A DNA stretch of 63,817 nucleotides from a bacterium (GCA_021780115.1 JAJXZI010000174.1:1-63817); one strand, 5' to 3'. Positions 52,563 through 61,951 are shown, numbered from the stretch's first letter. Notes: generated by a model from the letters alone, not told the origin. Made by a program: numbers and translations.

Positions 52563-54849
52563 TCAGAACGAATCGAACGGGTATTCACCAGGCCGGCGGC
52601 TCATCGAGTCGGATGCGTTCCCGATTGAGTTCGTCTCGGAACTCGCGGAGATGGAGAGTTGGCGCAAGGAGGTGCATCGCCCGATTTATCACATTCACAA
52701 GTGGTGGGCCAAGCGTCTCGGTTCCGTGTTCCGCGCCATCCTGCTCGGTTCGGCCTTGCCTGAAAACGAGCGGCTCGAAGACGCTTTCTATCGCCAACAC
52801 GATTTCAGCGGAATGACGGTCTTCGATCCGTTCATGGGCAGCGGTACGACCATCGGGGAGGCGCATAAACTTGGCTTCACCGCGCTGGGCCGCGACATCA
52901 ATCCGGTTGCGTGCGAATCGGTTCGCGTGGCGCTCGGCCCGCTGGAGCGCGAGGCGCTGTTGCCGGCGCTCGCGCGACTTTCCTCCTGCGTGGGCGAGAG
53001 AATCCGCGCGCTTTACCGCACGTCCGACGGCGAAGGCCACGTCTGCGACGCGCTCTACTATTTTTGGGTCAAGACGCTCCCGTGCCCGGCGTGCTCGCAA
53101 CGGGTGGATTTGTTCCCGTCCTATATCTTCGCCCGCAATGCTTATCCGGATCGCAAACCGGAGGTGCGGGTCTGCTGTCCCGGCTGCGGCGGGATTTTCG
53201 TTGCGGACGTGAAGGACACCCAGGTGTCCTGTCCGGACTGCCCACTGGCATTCAATCCGCAGGAAGGCCCGGCCAGCAGAGCAACGGTGACGTGCCAGCA
53301 CTGTCGTCACGCATTCGCCATCGCCAAGACAGCCAAGGCCCTGGGCCATCGTCCAGACCATCGCCTGTTTGCCAAGCTGGTGCTGAACGGTTCGGACGAG
53401 AAGGTTTACCTGCCGATTACGCCTGCGGATCAGCGCTCCTATGAACGCTGCTCGAAAGCATTGGCTCGAAGCAGCATCGCGCTCCCCACGTTGCGACTTG
53501 CTGACGGCTACAATACCCGCCAGGTTTTGAACTACGCTTACCACTCGTGGCGCGAGTTCTTCAACGACCGCCAGCTTCTTGCACTGGGCTGGTTGCACCA
53601 GGCGATTCTCGAAGTGCCCGATGACGCCGCGCGGGCTGCGATGCTGACCACATTCTCGGGCGCGCTGGAGTTCAACAACATGTTCGCCTCCTATAAAGGC
53701 GAGGGCACTGGCGCGATTCGCCACATGTTCGCTCACCACATTCTCAAGCCGGAACGCATGCCGATTGAGGGGAACGTCTGGGGCACTTCAAAAAGTTCCG
53801 GCTCGTTCTCGACGTTGTTCCGCTCGCGCCTGCTTCGCGCCATCGAGTATCGCGCCGCTCCGTTCGAGGTGGCCGTCGAACGCGTCAACGGTCACCGCGA
53901 AGGCAAGCGAATCTATGGCGCAAGCCCGCCGTTTGCGGGGAAGGTTTCGACGCAGTGGCCGCCCCGAAATACCAGCGAACGGGGAGTCTATCTCTCGTGC
54001 GGCAGTTCCGCCGCCACCGGCCTGGCTGCCCAGAGCGTGGACTTGATCGTGACCGACCCGCCATTTTTTGACAACGTCCACTACTCGGAACTGGCCGACT
54101 TTTTCTTCGCCTGGCAGCAACTTGAACCATCGCCGTTCACGAACGAACGCCAGACCACGCGGCATCCCCAAGAAGTCCAGGACGTTAGTGCCGAGCAATT
54201 TTCGGCGAAGTTGCGCGCCGTCTTTTCAGAATGTTGCCGGGTTCTCAATGACGCCGGCCTGCTGGTATTCACCTATCACCATTCCCGGTCGGACGGCTGG
54301 ACTGCGCTGGCCGATGCCGTCGTGGAGGCCGGGCTGTCGTTTGTGAACTGCCAGCCGGTAAAGGCCGAGATGTCCGTGGCTGCGCCGAAGTCCCAGGCGA
54401 AGGAGCCAATCCAACTCGATGTCGTCCTGGCCTGCCGAAAACGGGCAGCGGACGTGCGACAGAGAACTGATCCCCAAGCTGCGTTTCAACGGGCGCTCGA
54501 ACACGCGACCTCGAAAGCCAACCGTTTGCTGGAGTGTGGCCTGAGCCTTTCCGTTAACGACCGGCGAGTCATCCTTTTTAGCCAATTCCTCGTGGAAACC
54601 TGCCCGGGACGTTCCGCCGCACAATTGGCTGATGCGCTGTCCGGCAGTCTGAGCGATTTGGACTTGGCTGCGATGCGAATGTTAGAATCGCCGGCTGCCC
54701 GGCCCGCGACACCGCCACGGCAAGACGAAAACCAGCTTGCCTTGTTGGATGATGGGAGAGATGTCACACGGCGGTCGAAAGGCGCGAAACGGGTGTCGGC
54801 AGCCGTGACTTACCGGCGAACCAGACGACGGGGCTACAAGCGTTTTTGA
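52555..54849 (+). CDS. Amino-DNA methyltransferase with Zn ribbons (DUF1156-like)
   Basis: HKWWAKRLGSVFRAILL, FDPFMGSGTT, four CxxC pairs, VTDPPFFDNVHYSELADFF, LVFTYHH. Confidence 0.85.
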   Translation: MSNQNESNGYSPGRRLIESDAFPIEFVSELAEMESWRKEVHRPIYHIHKWWAKRLGSVFRAILLGSALPENERLEDAFYRQHDFSGMTVFDPFMGSGTTIGEAHKLGFTALGRDINPVACESVRVALGPLEREALLPALARLSSCVGERIRALYRTSDGEGHVCDALYYFWVKTLPCPACSQRVDLFPSYIFARNAYPDRKPEVRVCCPGCGGIFVADVKDTQVSCPDCPLAFNPQEGPASRATVTCQHCRHAFAIAKTAKALGHRPDHRLFAKLVLNGSDEKVYLPITPADQRSYERCSKALARSSIALPTLRLADGYNTRQVLNYAYHSWREFFNDRQLLALGWLHQAILEVPDDAARAAMLTTFSGALEFNNMFASYKGEGTGAIRHMFAHHILKPERMPIEGNVWGTSKSSGSFSTLFRSRLLRAIEYRAAPFEVAVERVNGHREGKRIYGASPPFAGKVSTQWPPRNTSERGVYLSCGSSAATGLAAQSVDLIVTDPPFFDNVHYSELADFFFAWQQLEPSPFTNERQTTRHPQEVQDVSAEQFSAKLRAVFSECCRVLNDAGLLVFTYHHSRSDGWTALADAVVEAGLSFVNCQPVKAEMSVAAPKSQAKEPIQLDVVLACRKRAADVRQRTDPQAAFQRALEHATSKANRLLECGLSLSVNDRRVILFSQFLVETCPGRSAAQLADALSGSLSDLDLAAMRMLESPAARPATPPRQDENQLALLDDGRDVTRRSKGAKRVSAAVTYRRTRRRGYKRF

Positions 54850-54922
54850 CTTCTGACGCCTGATTCGGGCAAAAGGGTGACCGAGGCGCATGGGATGCAG
54901 TGGCAGTTGTGGTGAGCGGTTT

Positions 54923-56305
54923 TCAGGACGGGCGGTTGTCCCGTCTCGGAGCGTGCTCGCGCTTGGATTGCACGACGCGCACTCCTTCTCGAATTTCCAG
55001 CGCCTTGATCTTCCGAAACAGTGTGCTGGCGTCAATGCCCAGTTCGCGCGCGGCGGCGGCGCGGTTGCCTTTGTATCGGCGGAGCGCGTCGCGGACGAAC
55101 AGCCTCTCCATCGCGGCCAGCGTGACTCCGGTGGGCAACCCCGGACGTATGCCGGCCTCCTCCCCGCGCAGATGCGGCGGCAGGTGCGCCGGCTCGATCA
55201 GTCCGCCGCGGCAGAGGACGAAGGCGTGCTCGATGGTGTTCTCCAACTCGCGCACGTTGCCGGGAAACTCGTAGCCCATCAGCCGGGCCAGCGCGGCGTC
55301 GGACAGGCCCGCGATGTCCCTTCCCCTGAGCCGGTTGAACCGCGCCACGAAATGGTCCACCAGCAGCGGCACGTCCTCGCGCCGCTCGCGCAACAGCGGC
55401 ATTTCCAGGCGGACCACGTGGACCCGGTAGAACAGGTCTTCGCGGAATTTCCCCTCCTTCACCAGCGCGGCCAGCGACTTGTTCGTCGCCCCGATCACGC
55501 GCACGCCGCAGCGGACCGGTTCCACGCCGCCCAGCGGTTCATACACGCGCTCCTGCAGCACGCGCAGCAGCCGGCTTTGCAGGGCGGGCGAGATGTCGCC
55601 GATTTCGTCGAGCAGGATCGTCCCGCCCTCGGCCAGGGCGAAGCGCCCGGGCTTGTCCTTGCGCGCGTCAGTGAATGCGCTGGCTTTGTAGCCGAACAGT
55701 TCGCTCTCCAGCAACGTGTCCGGCAGCGCGCCGCAGTTGAGGGCGACGAACTTCTTCCCCTTACGGCGCGAGAGTTGGTGGATCGCGCGGGCGAACAACT
55801 CCTTGCCCGTCCCGCTGGCGCCTTCCAGCAGCACCGTGCTGTCGCTCTCGGCGACAGCGGGGAGCAGGTCAAACAGATGCTGCATCGCCGCGCTGCGGCC
55901 GATGATGTCGGAAAACGAATCCTGCTGCTCGGCTTGGCGGCGCAGTTCGTTCACCAGCCGCAGATCGCGGAAGCTCTCGACTCCGCCGACGGCCTTGCCG
56001 CGCGCGTCCTTGAGCACGGCGGTGGAAATGCTGATCGGGATGCGCTCGCCTTGCGCGTTCACGATGTAAACCACCTTGTTGGCCACGGGGTGCCGCGTGG
56101 CGAGCGTCTTTTTCAAGGCGCAGGCGCTTTCGCAGATTGAGGCGCGGAACACGTCGCAGCAACGCCGGCCCAGCGCCTCCTGCCGTCGGATGCCGGTGAT
56201 CTGCTCGGCGGCGCGGTTGAAGAAAGTCACTCGCCACTCGGCGTCCACGGTGAACACGCCGTCGGGAACCGAGTCGAGCAATTGGTTGGGGAGCGGCACT
56301 TGCAT
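54923..56305 (-). CDS. PAS-domain sigma-54-dependent (NtrC/Fis-type) transcriptional regulator
   Basis: PAS domain (FNRAAEQITG), GASGTGKE, ESELFG, SAFTDA, LLDEIGD, FREDLFYR, PGNVRELEN, C-terminal HTH. Confidence 0.92.
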   Translation of the reverse strand: MQVPLPNQLLDSVPDGVFTVDAEWRVTFFNRAAEQITGIRRQEALGRRCCDVFRASICESACALKKTLATRHPVANKVVYIVNAQGERIPISISTAVLKDARGKAVGGVESFRDLRLVNELRRQAEQQDSFSDIIGRSAAMQHLFDLLPAVAESDSTVLLEGASGTGKELFARAIHQLSRRKGKKFVALNCGALPDTLLESELFGYKASAFTDARKDKPGRFALAEGGTILLDEIGDISPALQSRLLRVLQERVYEPLGGVEPVRCGVRVIGATNKSLAALVKEGKFREDLFYRVHVVRLEMPLLRERREDVPLLVDHFVARFNRLRGRDIAGLSDAALARLMGYEFPGNVRELENTIEHAFVLCRGGLIEPAHLPPHLRGEEAGIRPGLPTGVTLAAMERLFVRDALRRYKGNRAAAARELGIDASTLFRKIKALEIREGVRVVQSKREHAPRRDNRPS

Positions 56306-56396
56306 TCGGGCATTATGATCGGCGCGAACGGGTGCCGCGGCAAAGGTTTTCCCCGGCGGCGTCGCGGTGGCATCGGTTGGCATCGCCACTGTTGCG

Positions 56397-56560
56397 ATGC
56401 AATTGATGACTCGCTCGCTTGCAACCGACGGCACGGCCGGCCAGTTGCCCCTCGCCCAGGCCGAGGCGCATCCCTTTTGCTTCGTTTGCAGCGCGTCCAA
56501 TCCGATGGGCCTGGCGGTGCAATACACGGCCGGGGCGGAGGGAGGCGTGACGGCCCGCCG
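56397..56560 (+). pseudogene. PaaI-family thioesterase N-terminal fragment
   Basis: HPFCFVCSASNPMGL...GGVTA followed by loss of similarity; no HGG motif. Confidence 0.55.
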
Positions 56561-56611
56561 ACGTTGGCGGCACGGTGTCGCAAACGGACTGTGGCCGCCC
56601 GGGGGGATGAA

Positions 56612-57298
56612 TCAGTCGGCGGCTTGCCAATTCCCCAGGGTCATCGACTGGCTCCGCGTCTTGACCTCGATCCACAAGTCGAACTGGCCTGGGTTGTGGG
56701 TGGGCGACGTGGAAACGTAACGCCAGGAACTGACCGTAAACGCCCACACCACCTCCGGGGCAAGCCCTTCGTAGGGCACGTTGAAACCCAGCACAAACAC
56801 GTCGGGATCGTCATGGAGTTGGCGTGCCGGCAGAGGGTCCGTCGTCAGGAACCGTTTGACCTGGTCGTTGCTCTGGGCGCAGTTCTTGAAGCCGTCGCAG
56901 TGGAAGAATTCCTTGACGAACTTCGCGTCCGCCGGCTCCAGGCTGCCCAACTCCAATGTTTTGTTGGTTGAGTTGTAGATGACGCCTACGAGTTCATACA
57001 GCAGGGGGTTGTTGACCGGGTCGATGACCAGCGGTTGCCTGCCGACCACATGATCGGGAGGGTAAACGCCGAAGTGGGCTTTATAGGCCTCGAGGGCGCT
57101 CAGCAAGATTCGGCGCTGCTCCCGGATGGCGGCGCAGACCTGGGGCATCGCCGCCTTCACTCGCGCTTCAAGGATTTGGGCAGCGACCAAGTTGTAAGCC
57201 ACGTAACCCAGCCCGGCCAGCGCGAGCGCGGCGGCCACAACCAGAGCCGTCTCCCGCACGGTCAGGCGGCGATTAAAATACTGCTTCAACGAGGTCAT
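56612..57298 (-). CDS. Pseudopilin-like (type II secretion G-like) hypothetical protein
   Basis: N-terminal LTVRETALVVAAALALAGL, ALEAYKAHFGVYPPD, NPLLYEL, WRYVSTSPTHNPGQFDLW. Confidence 0.65.
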   Translation of the reverse strand: MTSLKQYFNRRLTVRETALVVAAALALAGLGYVAYNLVAAQILEARVKAAMPQVCAAIREQRRILLSALEAYKAHFGVYPPDHVVGRQPLVIDPVNNPLLYELVGVIYNSTNKTLELGSLEPADAKFVKEFFHCDGFKNCAQSNDQVKRFLTTDPLPARQLHDDPDVFVLGFNVPYEGLAPEVVWAFTVSSWRYVSTSPTHNPGQFDLWIEVKTRSQSMTLGNWQAAD

Positions 57299-57310
57299 AA
57301 ACGGGTTGGT

Positions 57311-60300
57311 TTAGACGGTGATCTCCTGTTTTCCGAACTTTCCGTACCGCAACGCCAGCGTCGGCAGCACGAGGAGATTCAGCACCGTCGAAGTCACCAG
57401 CCCCCCGAGAATGACGATGGCCATCGGGCCTTCGATTTCGCGACCGGCCTCGCCGGTGCCCAACGCCAGCGGCAGCAGGCCCAGGCTGGTCACCAGCGCG
57501 GTCATGAGGATCGGCAGCAGGCGCTCGGACGCGCCGCGGTGGGCGGCTTCCAGGCCCCAGGTCATCCCTTCCTGCCGCACCAGGTGCTCGAAGTGCGAGA
57601 CCATCATGATCGAGTTGCGCAGCGTGATGCCGAAGAGCGTCACGAAGCCGACCAGCGAGCCGACGGAGAGGAGGCCGCCCGTGGCGAACACCGCCAGCAC
57701 GCCGCCCACCAGCGCGAACGGCAGGTTCGACAGGATCAGGAGCAGGTTTCGCCCGGAACCAAACAGCAGCGCCAGCAGCAGCACGATGCCCGCGCCGGCC
57801 AGCAGCGAATGCACCAGCAGTTCGCGCTTCGCCGTGGCTTCCGCCTGCGCCGAGCCGGTATAGACCGCGAACACGCCAGGCGGGAAGGCGACTTGGGCCG
57901 CGACCCTCCGTTTCACCTCGGCGGCGAACGACGCCACGTCGCGCCCCTCGACGTTGCACGTCACTTGTTGCAGCCGTTGCGCCCCTTCGTGGATCACGGC
58001 GTAACGGCCGCTGCCCGGGTGGATGTCCGCCAGTTGCCGCAGCGGCACGCTCACGCCCTGGGCGTTGCGGAGTTGGAGCGCGCCGATGGTTTCCGGATTG
58101 CGGCGGCTGGCCGGGTCCAGGATCACCGCCACGTCGAACACGCGGTTGCCTTCGTAAATCTGCGACACGATCGTGCCCTGGTAGGCGGTCTGGATGGCGT
58201 CGAGCACGTCCACCGGCGCGAAGCCGTATTGCCGCAGGCGCTCCGGCCGCAGGCGCACGGCCATTTCCGGCAGGCCGGCGGGCGCTTCGATGTTGATGTC
58301 CACCGCGCCGGGCACGTTGGTCAGCACCTGGTACACCTGGCCGGCCTTCTGATCCAACGTGTCGAGGTCGTTGCCGAAAATGTCGATGACGAACTGGGCG
58401 GTCGTGCCGGAAATCGTTTCCTCCATGCGCTCGGCCAGGAACGACATGACCTGAAACGACAGGCCGGGGAACCGGGCCAGCGCGGCGCGGATTTCCTGTT
58501 GCGCCGATTCCGCCTCCTCGCCCTGGGCCGTCCGCAACTCCACGTGCAGTTCGCTGTATTGCGGGCCGAAGGTGTCCTCGCCGTTCTCCGCCCGCCCGGC
58601 CTCCTGCGACACCGAGCGGACGCGCGGGTTCTTCAGCAGTTCCGCCGTGACGAGCTTGCCGAGCCGCATGGATTCGGTCAGCGACGTGCCCGGCACCGCC
58701 GCCATGTGCAGGATGTAATGGCCTTCGCGGAAGTCGGGCAAAAACTCGCCGCCAAAGAACGGCAGCGTCGCCACCGCCGCCAGGCAGACGACGACCACCA
58801 GGCCGATCACCGTGCGGGGCCGGCGGCTGACGCCTTCCAGCCAGCGGCGGTGGAATCGCTTCAACCAGCGGACGTGCCGCGGTTCCTCATGCGGCGGCAC
58901 GCGTGACAGGATCACGAAACACAGCGCCGGGGTGACGGTGAGCGCCACGCCCAGCGAGGCGAGCGTGGCCAGGATGAAGGAAATGCCCAGCGGCGCGAAC
59001 AACCGGCCCTGCACGCCGCTCATCGTCAGGATCGGCACGAACACCAGCGCGACGATGAACGTGGCGTACACCACCGCGCTGCGCACCTCGAGCGAGGCGT
59101 CGAGGACGACGTGGAAGATCGAAGGCGGGACGGGCGTCCGGCCTGTCGCCATATTGGAATTCGGATTGGAGACAGGCTGGAAACCAGTCTCACGTTCCCG
59201 CAACCGGCGGAGGATGTTTTCCACGTCGATGATCGCGTCATCGACCACCACGCCGATGGCGATGGCGAAACCGCCCAGCGTGATCGTGTTGATCGAGACG
59301 CCGGCCCAGTTCAACACGATCACCGCTGCCAGCAACGAGAGCGGAATCGAGACAAACGAGATGAACGCCGTCCGCAAATCGAGCAGGAACAGAAACAACA
59401 CCACCGCCACCAGCCCGCCGCCGATCAGCAGCGAGCGGTCCACGTTGCCCAGCGAGGTCTCGATGAAATTGGCCGGGCGGAACAGGCGGGCGTTCAACTG
59501 AATGCGCTCCGTGGCCAGCGCCGGCTTCAATTGCTCGAGCGCGGTTTCCAGGGCCCGCGTCACGATCATGGTGTTCGCCTGGTACTGGGCATAGACCAGC
59601 AGCACGACGCCCGAGCGGCCGTTGAGCTGCGCGTCGCCGAACTTGGGCGCCGGCGCCTCGCGCACGTCGGCCACGTCCTTGAGCCGCACGCTCAGGCCGG
59701 CGTGCGGGACGAGCACCACTTCGCCGAGTTGATCGGGCGTGAGCGCCTGGCCCGTCGTGCGGATCCCGATGCGCTGGTTCACCGTATCGACGTAGCCCGC
59801 GCCGCGCACGCCGGTGGCCTGCCGGGCGGCGGCCAGCACTTGATCGAGCGACAGCCCGTAGGCGAGCAGGCGGTCCGGTTTCACCTGCGCCTGGAGTTGG
59901 CGGATGTCGCCGCCGAAAATGTCCACCTTGGCGACGCCGGGCACGCTGAGCACATACGGGCGGAACGTCCAATCCGCGTAGGTGCGCAACTCCATCGGCG
60001 TGCGGTGGGTCGAGGTCAGGCCCAGGACCAGCGTCAGGCTGGTGGAGGAAGTCAGCGGCCCCAGGCGCGGCGGGCCGGTCCCTTGCGGCAGGCGGCTGAG
60101 AACCTCGCCGAGCCGCTCGGTGACCATTTGCCGGGCGAGGAAAATGTCCGCGCCGGCGCGGAAGACGAGCGTGACGACCGAGAGGCCCTGGATGGATTGC
60201 GAGCGGATGGCTTGCAGACTGGGCGTGCCGTTCAACTCGGTTTCAATGGGCAGCGTGACCAGTTGTTCGACTTCCTGCGACGAGAGCCCCGGCGCCTCGG

Positions 60301-60451
60301 TCTGCACGACTACCTGCGGCGGCGCGAATTCCGGGAACACGTCCAGCCGCGTCTGCGTCGCGACGTAGAGGCCGTAGGCGATGACGAGGAAGCCGAGGGC
60401 GATGACCACGCCGCGGTGGCGGAGGGAAAATTGGACGAGGCGGCTTAACAC
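57311..60451 (-). CDS. CusA/CzcA-family RND efflux permease
   Basis: LDVFPEFAPPQVVVQTEAPGLS.EVEQLVT.PIE, GVVVDDAIIDVEN, ERLLPILMTAL; 1046 aa. Confidence 0.95.
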   Translation of the reverse strand: MLSRLVQFSLRHRGVVIALGFLVIAYGLYVATQTRLDVFPEFAPPQVVVQTEAPGLSSQEVEQLVTLPIETELNGTPSLQAIRSQSIQGLSVVTLVFRAGADIFLARQMVTERLGEVLSRLPQGTGPPRLGPLTSSTSLTLVLGLTSTHRTPMELRTYADWTFRPYVLSVPGVAKVDIFGGDIRQLQAQVKPDRLLAYGLSLDQVLAAARQATGVRGAGYVDTVNQRIGIRTTGQALTPDQLGEVVLVPHAGLSVRLKDVADVREAPAPKFGDAQLNGRSGVVLLVYAQYQANTMIVTRALETALEQLKPALATERIQLNARLFRPANFIETSLGNVDRSLLIGGGLVAVVLFLFLLDLRTAFISFVSIPLSLLAAVIVLNWAGVSINTITLGGFAIAIGVVVDDAIIDVENILRRLRERETGFQPVSNPNSNMATGRTPVPPSIFHVVLDASLEVRSAVVYATFIVALVFVPILTMSGVQGRLFAPLGISFILATLASLGVALTVTPALCFVILSRVPPHEEPRHVRWLKRFHRRWLEGVSRRPRTVIGLVVVVCLAAVATLPFFGGEFLPDFREGHYILHMAAVPGTSLTESMRLGKLVTAELLKNPRVRSVSQEAGRAENGEDTFGPQYSELHVELRTAQGEEAESAQQEIRAALARFPGLSFQVMSFLAERMEETISGTTAQFVIDIFGNDLDTLDQKAGQVYQVLTNVPGAVDINIEAPAGLPEMAVRLRPERLRQYGFAPVDVLDAIQTAYQGTIVSQIYEGNRVFDVAVILDPASRRNPETIGALQLRNAQGVSVPLRQLADIHPGSGRYAVIHEGAQRLQQVTCNVEGRDVASFAAEVKRRVAAQVAFPPGVFAVYTGSAQAEATAKRELLVHSLLAGAGIVLLLALLFGSGRNLLLILSNLPFALVGGVLAVFATGGLLSVGSLVGFVTLFGITLRNSIMMVSHFEHLVRQEGMTWGLEAAHRGASERLLPILMTALVTSLGLLPLALGTGEAGREIEGPMAIVILGGLVTSTVLNLLVLPTLALRYGKFGKQEITV
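59124..59193. repeat. REP/REPIN-like palindromic element inserted in frame in the RND gene
   Basis: ggcgggacgggcgtccggcctgtc ... gacaggctggaaaccagtctcac are inverted, internally palindromic arms; translated as ETGFQPVSNPNSNMATGRTPVPP. Confidence 0.75.
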
Positions 60452-60488
60452 AGAGGTCGGAGGTCAGAGGTCAGAGGTCAGAAGTCGG
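60451..60488. repeat. Heptamer tandem array (CAGAGGT)n, left flank of the four-helix-bundle gene
   Basis: cagaggt cggaggt cagaggt cagaggt cagaagt cgg. Confidence 0.9.
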
Positions 60489-60878
60489 TCGCGCGGTTCG
60501 GTTCGCGGGGATCAGGAATTTTTCGGGTCGCAGCATCATCGATCCCAGCATCTTGCCAACTTCGGCGCACAGACCCGTGAGGGCCTGGTGGTCGGTCGGG
60601 GGGACGTAACCGCAGTCGCGGGCGAAATCCAGGCACGAGTCAGTTTCGGCGTTTTCGCCGTCGCAGTCGGTCAGTTTTGAAACGAAATGCGCCTCATAGC
60701 GACGCTTGGCCCAGGCTTCCCGCAAGTTCAGACAGGTGGAGCGAGAGGCCCGTCGGATTTGACTCGTCAACGCGTAACGTTCCTCCGGCGGAAACGTCTT
60801 GCTCAAGCCGAATATCCGCATCGATAGCTCGTATGCTTTCTGATACACGACCAGTTCTTTTGCCGAATTGATTTGCAT
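60471..60878 (-). CDS. Four-helix-bundle protein (23S rRNA intervening sequence protein family)
   Basis: ELVVYQKAYELSMRIF.LSK.FP.EERYALTSQIRRASRS...NL.EAW.KRRY..HFVSKLTD...E..ET...LDFA.DCGY; 135 aa. Confidence 0.92.
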   Translation of the reverse strand: MQINSAKELVVYQKAYELSMRIFGLSKTFPPEERYALTSQIRRASRSTCLNLREAWAKRRYEAHFVSKLTDCDGENAETDSCLDFARDCGYVPPTDHQALTGLCAEVGKMLGSMMLRPEKFLIPANRTARPTSDL

Positions 60879-60901
60879 GACACGCGCCGTCCACCGGTTC
60901 C

Positions 60902-60936
60902 TGACCTCTGCCTTCTGATCTCCGACTTCTGCTTTC
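60902..60936. repeat. Heptamer tandem array (TGACCTC)n, right flank, inverted relative to the left array
   Basis: tgacctc tgccttc tgatctc cgacttc tgctttc. Confidence 0.85.
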
Positions 60937-61951
60937 AATCGCCCACCTTGATCTGTGCCTTGCGCTCTTCCGAGAGCAACGTCTGCGCGCCCGTCACGAC
61001 GACGCGTTCGGCCGGCGCGACGCCGTTGGTCACGAACCAGCCGGTCGCGGCCGGTCGCGTCAGCGCGATCTCGCGGCGGACAAATTTCGTCGCGTCGGTC
61101 TGAACGTAAATCCAGGCGCGTTCCTCCGAGCGCACGACGGCGTCCTCCGGCACTATCACGCCGTGCGCCGGCTCCCCCGGCAACCGGAGAAATCCGGTCA
61201 GCGCCAGTCCGGGCGTGAGAGCGGCCGGGGCGTTGGTGACGAGGAACAAAAATCCTTCGCCCTGGACTTGCGGGTCGGTCGTGGTCGCCCGGCCAAGAAA
61301 GCGGGCTTCGATCAGCGCGCCATTGCCGGGCGGCACCAACCGGGCGCCGGCAGGCGTCGCCGGCGCGGTCTCGCCGGCGGGCAGTTCCAGGCGCACTAAC
61401 GCCGACTGGCGCGCCGCCAGCGACTGGACGAAGGCGGGCAGGTCGGGTTCGCCGACAACGCCGCCGCCCCATTCGGAAACCAGCCGGGTCTCGGCGAGGT
61501 GCAACGCGACCTGGTCGCGCTGCATCGCCGCCTCGGCGGCCTCCAACGTCTTGGCGGAGGCGTTTTCGCCCTGGTGGAACAGCGCGGTGACGCGCTGGAA
61601 TTCCTTGCTCGACGCCGCCCACGCCACCCGCGCGGAAGCGAGGTCGCCCACCAACCCGGCCAGCGGCGCGGGATCCAGCACGCGGCCGTAGCCCCGGACC
61701 TCCGGCGGCAGCGTCGCGGCGGCGAGGTTCGTGGTTTCCAATCCGATGAGCTTCTGGGTGGGCAAATCGAGTTGAACCCCGGTTCCGCCGCCGCCCTCGC
61801 GCTCCACTTTCGAGGGGGCGACGATGGGGGCGTCGCCTTGCGCGTCGGCCGCCTGTTCCCGGCTCAACCGCGCGTAGCCGTAGATCAGCGCGGCGATCAC
61901 GGCGGCCACGGCGACGAACGCCAAAACAAGAGCGATGCGCTTCGATTTCAT
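60935..61951 (-). CDS. RND efflux membrane fusion (periplasmic adaptor) protein
   Basis: N-terminal TM anchor, alpha-hairpin, GVIVPEDAVV, VVVTGAQTLLSEE. Confidence 0.88.
   Translation of the reverse strand: MKSKRIALVLAFVAVAAVIAALIYGYARLSREQAADAQGDAPIVAPSKVEREGGGGTGVQLDLPTQKLIGLETTNLAAATLPPEVRGYGRVLDPAPLAGLVGDLASARVAWAASSKEFQRVTALFHQGENASAKTLEAAEAAMQRDQVALHLAETRLVSEWGGGVVGEPDLPAFVQSLAARQSALVRLELPAGETAPATPAGARLVPPGNGALIEARFLGRATTTDPQVQGEGFLFLVTNAPAALTPGLALTGFLRLPGEPAHGVIVPEDAVVRSEERAWIYVQTDATKFVRREIALTRPAATGWFVTNGVAPAERVVVTGAQTLLSEERKAQIKVGD

Noticed and set aside
56360..56400. Sigma-54 -24/-12 promoter
   Set aside because: TGGCA is present twice but the GG-N10-GC spacing is not met
60471..60878. 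Diversity-generating retroelement (Avd-like protein)
   Set aside because: No reverse transcriptase and no template/variable repeat pair differing at adenines in the window
60471..61622. 383-aa ORF as the full four-helix-bundle gene
   Set aside because: The upstream part overlaps the MFP gene out of frame; family similarity starts at Met 60878
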